DNA from: Podarcis tiliguerta
Taxonomy: Eukaryota
NCBI GenBank assembly: GCA_965153285.1
Contig: OZ229117.1
Strand: one strand, 5' to 3'
Length of the DNA: 64,000 bases
Each line of letters begins with the position of its first letter. The stretch's first letter is position 1. Under the pieces are notes generated by a model. It worked only from the letters and a program-made list of their open reading frames with translations, did no database searches and had not been told where the DNA came from. This document shows, piece after piece, positions 56,712-64,000 of this stretch. The position numbers and the translations under genes are program-made.

Positions 56712-58020
56712 CTGTAGATGGTTTTCAGCCTTTCAGCTAGCCTAAGAAAGACCAAGAGCCCTACTAACTTAATACCTTTGGTACTCAAAATTGATTTAGT
56801 TCTTGAGGATATTTTATAGGCTCAGAGAATAAGATATTGAAAAATAGCACAAATATTGCACAAATCTGTTAATAAAAACTGCCTTCATATATTCAAGTTT
56901 GTCTGCTTAGTCATGTGAGCTGGAAACTTTTTTTTTTAAAAAGCAAAGATTTCAAGGATTTTTCATGAAGCTGTGGGCTGCACAAATATCTCAGCATGTG
57001 GTTTGTGGGCCTTACATTGCTTGCTGATGGAGCACAGTCTGTTCTAATTCAACATTTTCTTTTAGCCTTAGACATGATCTAAGATGAGCAAAGGACAGCT
57101 TGTGTAATTCTTCAGAACTGTAAATGTACACAATACATGAAAGCTATGTATAGAAAAAAGCAGTTTAGTCCTGCTTAAATCATGTGAACATGGACTCTAA
57201 AATCTCCTTTCAGGTTATGCTCAGTGGTAAGATTTGCTCTTTGCAAGTTCCACTTCAGCTAATTGTTAAGGAATTTTTCAAAGTGCATTGCATAGTTTTT
57301 AGGAAAGAACAAATATATTATGTACCTTAGGTGTGTGTGGTTATAACAAACTAAAACAAGTTGTGTTTGTCTTTAATTTCGAGCATCTGTTTTGTTTCCA
57401 TTTTTTATATTAAAAGGAAAGAGGATGGTATTTAGGATTGGGATAGTAGAAATTAAAAAAAAATCATTGCATGAATAGCTTTCTTGATTGTCATGTGCTT
57501 CATGTTATTGTGTAGACTTCCAAAATCATGTTATTTTTCTTGCTGAAAAATAGTCTGAGCAGATAAAGGTAGGATCCAGCAAGTATCTTCTGTGTATCCA
57601 AGTATTTCCACATGCATTCATTGGGAATACTCTGGGTCCCCCCATTTGAATGTGTCTGATTCATTGTGTTGGAAGCTATTACAAAGCATTTCCCTAAATT
57701 TCAGGTGTGCTTATTTGATTGACTACAGGCTGCAGTGAAAAAGGGGAGGCCTCTGTATTGCAAAAATGGGTAGAAGCATAGAGCAATATTTTCACAGCTC
57801 TTTGCATCCTGCACATTAGCAGTAAGCCTCAATTATGGAAATGGTGGGGGGGAACAAGAAAGTCAGAAATCTGAGTTTCATTCTGAAGGGACTGTGTTCA
57901 TGAAGAAGCCTGTTCATGTGTGGAGCTGAACATGAAAAGTATGAGTGTAAGGCTGATACCAACTACTGTAGGATCTGGGGAAGTAAGTATTATCTGCATT
58001 TTTGAAGGCAGAACCTTTAA

Positions 58021-58160
58021 CACTGGGTTGGCTAAATGTGACCTTCTAGATGTTGCTGGGAGGAAAAAAAACCCATCATCACTGACTTGACCATCCTAGT
58101 TGGGGCTGATGGAGATAGGAGTCTAACAACATCTGGAGGGCCACAGGTTCCCAACCTCCA
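58021..58160. mobile_element. Palindromic hAT-type MITE (degenerate)
   Basis: ctagatgttgctggg..cccatcatc..gctgatggaga..aacaacatctggagggccacaggttccc. Confidence 0.7.
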
Positions 58161-59494
58161 CTAATGGTTAAAACAAGCCAGATATAAATGGGTTTTTGCA
58201 GCTTTTTTGTGTAAAGAAATAAGATTATTATTTATTTATAGCATTTTATACTGCTCATTAGCAATAGGATTTTAGGTCAATGTACAGTTTTTAAACCATA
58301 AAATACACAAATACTGCATAAACATGGAATCAAAGATAATGTAAAACAACAGTAGTGCCCAAGGTTTAAAAAGGACTCTGACATGTTTGCTTTTCTGAGT
58401 CCCTTTTAGACCTTGGGCACTGCTGAAAAGCTTTAGAAAATAAAAGCCTCACAAAATAAAAAGGGTATTTACCTGGTGCTTAAAAATACTCAACACAGGC
58501 ACCAGTTGAGGGCATTCCACAACCAGGACACCTTCACTGAAAATGCTTTACCCAAAGCAATTGTTTACCCCACCTCATTTGGCAGGGTGTCCAGTATTGG
58601 TGTATTGGTGTCCAGTATTGTGAGCCAAGGATACCCATGTAAAACCAAAACAAGTGGCTATTGTAAAGTGATATATCTCTTATTGGTCTAAATATATCAC
58701 TTGCTAAAGTGATACCTTATGTACCACTGAGGTAGATTAGATGCTATCTTAATTTGTATTGCATTGTCAGGGTCAGCTCAACAGAGATACACCAAGAAAA
58801 TGTTAATTTTTACTAGCTGGCTTAAGACGAATAACTGCTAGCTTCTAAGTATTTGACGTATAGGCTTGTAGGGATGTGAAGAACTGAAAGGGGTAGACAA
58901 TACATATATTGTCAAAAACATTCTCTGAGCTCCTTAAATCAGGATTCATACTCTTTAGGTACTTAGCTTCTTTCAGTTTTCTCTTTACATGCATATATCA
59001 ACATGAATAAATGTAAGTATGCTTACCCATAAAGTTCAGAGGCAGCCTTTTGAGCTTGATCAAAGATAATCGAGTGTACAGAAGTTGGATGGAGAGTGGG
59101 GGAAGCAAGTTCCAGTTTTCAGGAATTTTTTTTTGAGAAAGCTAGAATTGTATTAAACAAATACTACTTTCCATACATGTTTTCAGTCTTCTTTTAGGGA
59201 TTGACACATTGTGGTTCAGCCTGCCTTCTAGTAATTTAATGAAAAATGTCATAATTATCAGATAGAGAAGTTACCTGTAGTATCTTAGACAAATCTAATA
59301 ATTGAATAATTTTAGTTTAAATTGGGGGTGGCTAACCGGCAGATGCTTATGAACTACAATTCTGATCACTCCCAGAATCTGTGGTTAATTATCAGGGGTG
59401 ATAGGATTATATTCCTGTGAAAGGGAGACTAAAAATGAACAACAAGGGTGGGCTCTGTAAGATATTTACTCTGCAAAGTAAAGTAAACACCTAG

Positions 59495-59656
59495 GTGTTT
59501 CCTTGCGCTGCTTTGGTTCGCCAGAAGCGGTTTAGTCATGCTGGCCACATGACCCGGAAGCTGTCTGTGGACAAACGCCGGCTCCCTCGCCTATAGCGTG
59601 CAACCCCAGAGTCATTCGCGACTGAACCTAACGGTCAGGGGTACCTTTACCGTTAT
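59495..59656 (+). mobile_element. 5'-truncated Sauria SINE with 7-bp TSD
   Basis: 3' half of Sauria SINE ending ggggtacctttacc; cacctag at 59488-59494 and 59657-59663. Confidence 0.88.
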
Positions 59657-60784
59657 CACCTAGAGTTGTTTTTTTTTTAAGATCTTGTTGCGCTTTCTAC
59701 ATGTTTTGTTTATTTAAGATACTTGTTTTGACTGTTTATATTTATTTGTTTATATTGAGATTAATCAAATAATCTTATCCTTGATGGCAGCTGGTGATTT
59801 TTTGTTTCTTTTGATTTTTAAAAGATTACTATTATTATTTTTCTTATATTAGCAGACAACCTTTTTTAGAATTATAGGAGTTATAGTGCAGCAATGTCTA
59901 GAGGGAACCAGGTTTGCCACCCCTGCATTTAATGGTATGCTTCTCAGTAACAGTTGCATGCCCGTCTGTTCTGTAAACTCTCCCTCTTATCCAGGGTACC
60001 CCACTCAGAAAATTTTTTTTTAAGCTGCCAGTAGTTCTTTTTAGCTGAATACAACTCCTGTATTAGAGTAACAGACTATTCAGTTGGTCAGCAGGCTGAA
60101 ATGAGTCATCTTGAGGGACCTGGTTTTGGCTAGAATTTTGCTAAAACAACCACAAAACACTGTTTACATCTGACAAGAACTTGTTTCTAATAAAAGGAAA
60201 TTACACACAATTTCATATACAATATAGGTTTGTCTTAGGTTTCCAGACAAAAAGGGAGGTAAAGCCCTATTTACAGTGTACTATAAATCCAGCACATTTA
60301 TGTGCTGCAAATGTGGCTGGAATAGTCCAATATCCCATCAACTGTGGTGTTGGTGACATCTCGCTTTCTGTTAGCTTCTGTTATACTAGAAGTAGGGATT
60401 GGCACAAGGGTTTCAGATGGCTGGGGCATTAATTTTTCAGTAGCATGAGCCTATTTACTTAGGATTCCCTAATCATTTATTGCTAATAGTATATAAAGGA
60501 CTGTGCCTGTGCAAGAAAAGCTGTCAGTCTGTTTGAAACCAAAACCTGGCCTCTAAGATATTCTGTGCTATAGCTGCAGTTTTCCTTTTCATTTGAAGTT
60601 CAGTATTTTTCAGGGTGCTACTTGGATGTCAGCAATGCAAAATCTCAGAATTAAGAATTGGAGGAACAACACCAGAAATATATCAGTGTGAGCAGACCAG
60701 GGTGGAAAATAATGAATACACATAAGTACTTGGTACTAATCAGTGGATGAAATACACTGTGATTGTTGGGTGCACACACTAATG

Positions 60785-60920
60785 CAGGCTTCCTTAACCT
60801 CGGCCCTACGGATGTTTTTGACCTACAACTCCCATGATCCCTAGGTAGCAGGACCATTGGTCAGGGATGGTGGGAATAGTGGTCTCAAAACATCTGGAGG
60901 GCCAAGGTTGAGGAAGCCTG
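60785..60920. mobile_element. Palindromic hAT-type MITE (136 bp) with 8-bp TSD
   Basis: TIRs caggcttccttaacctcggccct / agggccaaggttgaggaagcctg; flanks cactaatg / cactaaca. Confidence 0.9.
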
Positions 60921-61279
60921 CACTAACATAAAAGAAAATAAACTTCTTGAGTTGTGGCATTTTTTAAAAAAGATCAACATTGTTCTGCAACAATTTGTTC
61001 TTTAAAAGGAATAAGGTAGAATTTTCAGATGGACCAGTGTTTTTGCCAAATAGAACCTCTATGAAGGCTTCCATGTACATTTCACTGAAAGATTATAAGA
61101 GTATCAGTTGTTATAAAGATAATTTTCAGAAGTGTTAGATCCCCCCCCCCATTTTTGACACATTCTAAGATTATACTTCTGTTCAACATAAAATGCATAT
61201 TGCTTGCTTTCTCTTTCCTAACTTCTGGAATAGACATCTGAATTAGCTTTTTAGACACTAAGTACCCAACTAAAATATT

Positions 61280-61650
61280 TATTTATTACACTGCTATCCC
61301 GCCTTTCCTTCAAGAGGGTCATACGTAGTTCTCCATCTTCCCATTTTACCACAACAATCCTGTGAGGTATGCTAGGCTGGGAAGTAGTGACTGGGCCAAG
61401 GTCACGCAGTAAGCTTCATGGCTGAATGGAATTTAAACCCTGGTCTCTCAGGTCCCAATCCAATCATCTAACTACTGTAGTATAGTGACTGGAGTGTTGA
61501 ACCTGAACTGGGAAATGAGGATTAAAATTCTTCAACGATGAAGCACTGTAGATTGCTTCAGGCCATATTTCTGTCTAAATTGCTTAGCAGGATTGTGAGG
61601 ATAAAATGGGATAACCTTTTGAACTTCTTGGAGGCATGGCAAGATACAAA
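61280..61650. mobile_element. Two MIR/CORE-type SINEs in head-to-head orientation
   Basis: Minus copy ~61280-61478 (..cctgtgaggtatgctaggctgg..ccaaggtcacgcagtaagcttcatggctga..); plus copy ~61479-61650 (..gtatagtgactggagtgttg..ggattgtgaggataaaatggg..). Confidence 0.65.
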
Positions 61651-61687
61651 TACGATAATCAAGGATGCAGGATACTAATATTTTCTA

Positions 61688-61730
<43 letters not shown>
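61688..61730. repeat. (ATT)n microsatellite (L2 tail-derived); similar arrays at 22131-22170, 32612-32641 and 42974-42992
   Basis: Direct read. Confidence 0.95.
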
Positions 61731-62816
61731 TATTACCACCCCACCCACCCATCTGGGTTTCCCCAGCCACTCTGGGCAGCTTACAGCATATAAAGTTTGC
61801 AAGCTTCTACAGTCTTTCCCATAAAAATAGGCCCAATAAAATGTATCACTTTACTTGCTTTGTTTCTTCTTTGTATTACATGCAGCTTCCATTCTGTTTA
61901 GCATTGCAAAAGATCCCTATGGCAGAAATAGAAGTGTAACATGAGAGAGGCATTATGCTTTGTCTTTTTTTTTTTTAAGTGCTCTCTTGAAAACTAATCA
62001 GTCCTCCTTTGCTTTTCATTTCAACACTCCCTCCCCATCTGTTCTTTACTTTTACCTAGTTCCCTGGAAGTCCATGTACCACCTGCCTCCTAAATTTGCC
62101 CTTCTTTTCCAGTTACTTGTCTCCAGAATATATGCTTCTTTTTCATGTTGTTCCTCCTTTTTGATGTTCATGGTTATGTGTTTAAGATTGCTAGTCTGGC
62201 TTCACTCTTCTAGCTGACATAGGTGCTATGCACATAAATATTAAAATGTGTTTTCAGGTCATTGTATTAAACTAAAACCAGTTCTGGCTCTGATGTGTGG
62301 TTAACTCCATTGCTTAGGAGCATCATGTTAACAGAGCAGGAAATCCTTTGGGTTTTTCTCAGTACAGGAGGCTTGGTACTGCCATAAAAGGAGGGGTTAT
62401 TTGTTTTGTTTTTTGGTATATGAAGGGTTCCTTTCCAAAGAAAGAATAGTCAGCCTTGCCTTCATGATTAAATAAGTAGCTCATATTTATGTACATGAAA
62501 TCTTAAGTAGCAATGCATACATGTCATTTTTTAGTTCAGCCCCTGGAGTTCTTATATGACTGAATTTTAGCAAACATTGGTGGTTGACTAAGCTGGGATA
62601 CTGTATTAAAGACTGCTCACCATCTGCTTCAGCATTTTTGAACATGTCAGAGGTTCTCTCCAAATGGAATGTTCTGTACTTGGCTAGGCCTCCTGCTGTC
62701 TGGATTGGTTTGTCATGCATTGTAGCACACTGGTTCATTTTCCTAGTTCAGTTCTGGCTTTTATTGTTATATTTGAAGTCATTTTTATATGTCTATATAG
62801 AGGTATCGCTATAAAG

Positions 62817-62983
62817 CAGGCCTGTCCAACTGGTTGATCGCAATCTACTGGTCGGTCATGGGCTTTCCCTGGTCGATCCTAAAAAAAAACGCTCAACAAC
62901 TTTGGTCAATCTAATGGGAAGATCACTGCCAGTTTATTTATAGTGGGAGTAGATCACAGTCTCTTGGAAGGTGGACACCCCTG
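62817..62983. mobile_element. hAT MITE (167 bp) with 8-bp TSD
   Basis: Termini caggcctgtccaac / gtggacacccctg; flanks ctataaag / ctataaaa. Confidence 0.85.
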
Positions 62984-64000
62984 CTATAAAATATTGCTAT
63001 ATATTCAGGTATTGTAGCACAGTTTTTTAAATCCACAATTAAAAGACAGCTCATCCTTTACAAGACCAAAGAGCGTTTTTGACCGGCCTGGTATGGAGAC
63101 AGTATAATCCTCTCCTTTTGAATGAGTTAGTACTCTTCAAAGTGCTCTACAACTTATATTTTCACAATGACGCTGTAATGCTAGTTTGTAATTGAGGCTA
63201 ATTTTTTAAAGGCCAATGTTCAATGACCACTCAGATATAGGTCTCTGAAGCCCTAGCCAAACACTCCTATTACTCAATACCCCACAACCTCCAAAGGAGG
63301 TTTATGCATGGGACCCAGGTGTTTATAGGGCCAGGCGTGCTAAGCTTCAGCTGTAGAACTGCATCATGCATCTGGCTACAGTTTGATGACGATTGTTGCA
63401 TTACTTTGCTCAAATTTAAATAGCCTTGCCGCCTTTTGTTTTTCTACTAGAGATTGGTGATTTTTATTGTAGTTGCCTAGTGCTGTCTTTTATAGGTTAG
63501 CCTTGACTTCTTTTACTTAAGAACAGCTGGCTTCACTGCAATTATGAGTCACAGTTTGCTTGTTCTGGAATGATAATAGCAAGCACCAGATATCTTATTC
63601 TTATGGTAGTGTTAGCTATAAAAAAATATGAAGGTGATACTTAAAAAGGAAGGGTATATTTTATTGGTGAATATTAGCTTCTGCTAATGTTTATGTAAAT
63701 GCTAGCATGGGATAGTTATATGATACAATTGCCAGTAAATTTCACGAGCTCTTACCTGTACGGTACTTAAAGCATATTGTTACTACTTTTGTATTTAAAC
63801 CAGGACAAGAAGTAAATAGTTTGATTTTAAAGTAGTATTTTTTTTCTGAGGGAGCAAACCTGTGCTACTCTCTTTCTTTGTGAATGTATTCTTTCTATTC
63901 TCTTGTCTTGAAAAAAATTCAGTTTCTAAGAGTAACCAGAATGATTAGTAAATAAGTTATGTAGTTATGTGAATCCCAGGTTATCTTGATCAAGTAGGTC

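Larger units (their letters stand above)
42271..64000 (+). other. ANKRD11: Large first intron of the probable ANKRD11 gene (continues beyond window)
   Basis: AT-rich, T-skewed on the plus strand, repeat-rich, no credible ORFs. Confidence 0.55.

Noticed and set aside
47282-58702. Small local duplications and inversions (cattgtaagtgact x2 near 47283; ttgtgtgagcataga x2 near 48938; aagtgatatat/atatatcactt 58666-58702)
   Set aside because: Short slippage-type events common in AT-rich introns; no further structure.

Overview
Vertebrate genomic DNA from a squamate reptile; the repeat families suggest a lacertid-type lizard (inference). The main feature is a complete, intact SPG7 (paraplegin, mitochondrial m-AAA protease subunit) gene on the minus strand. 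It has 17 coding exons from ATG 33579 to stop 2465, 2349 nt in total (782 aa), all with GT-AG splice sites and consistent phases. About 8 kb upstream, a second CpG island (~41.5-42.5 kb) carries a plus-strand GC-rich non-coding first exon (donor at 42271), followed by an AT-rich intron that runs off the window. By vertebrate synteny (ANKRD11 head-to-head with SPG7) this is most likely ANKRD11 exon 1 and intron 1. The rest is intron or intergenic DNA with squamate repeats (CR1, L2, BovB/RTE, Sauria SINE, tRNA-SINEs, hAT and Tc1/mariner MITEs), microsatellites and a 148-N gap. I see no CRISPR array, prokaryotic system or additional protein-coding gene. The most interesting observations are a 5S-rRNA-head/CR1-tail chimeric retro-element in SPG7 intron 4, strong-Kozak uORFs in the leaders of both genes, divergent YY1 motifs at the SPG7 promoter, a pre-miRNA-sized hairpin in the ANKRD11 intron, an OposCharlie1-like hAT MITE, and an unexplained diverged duplication at the window start. 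Repeat family names and comparisons with human come from recall and need database confirmation.
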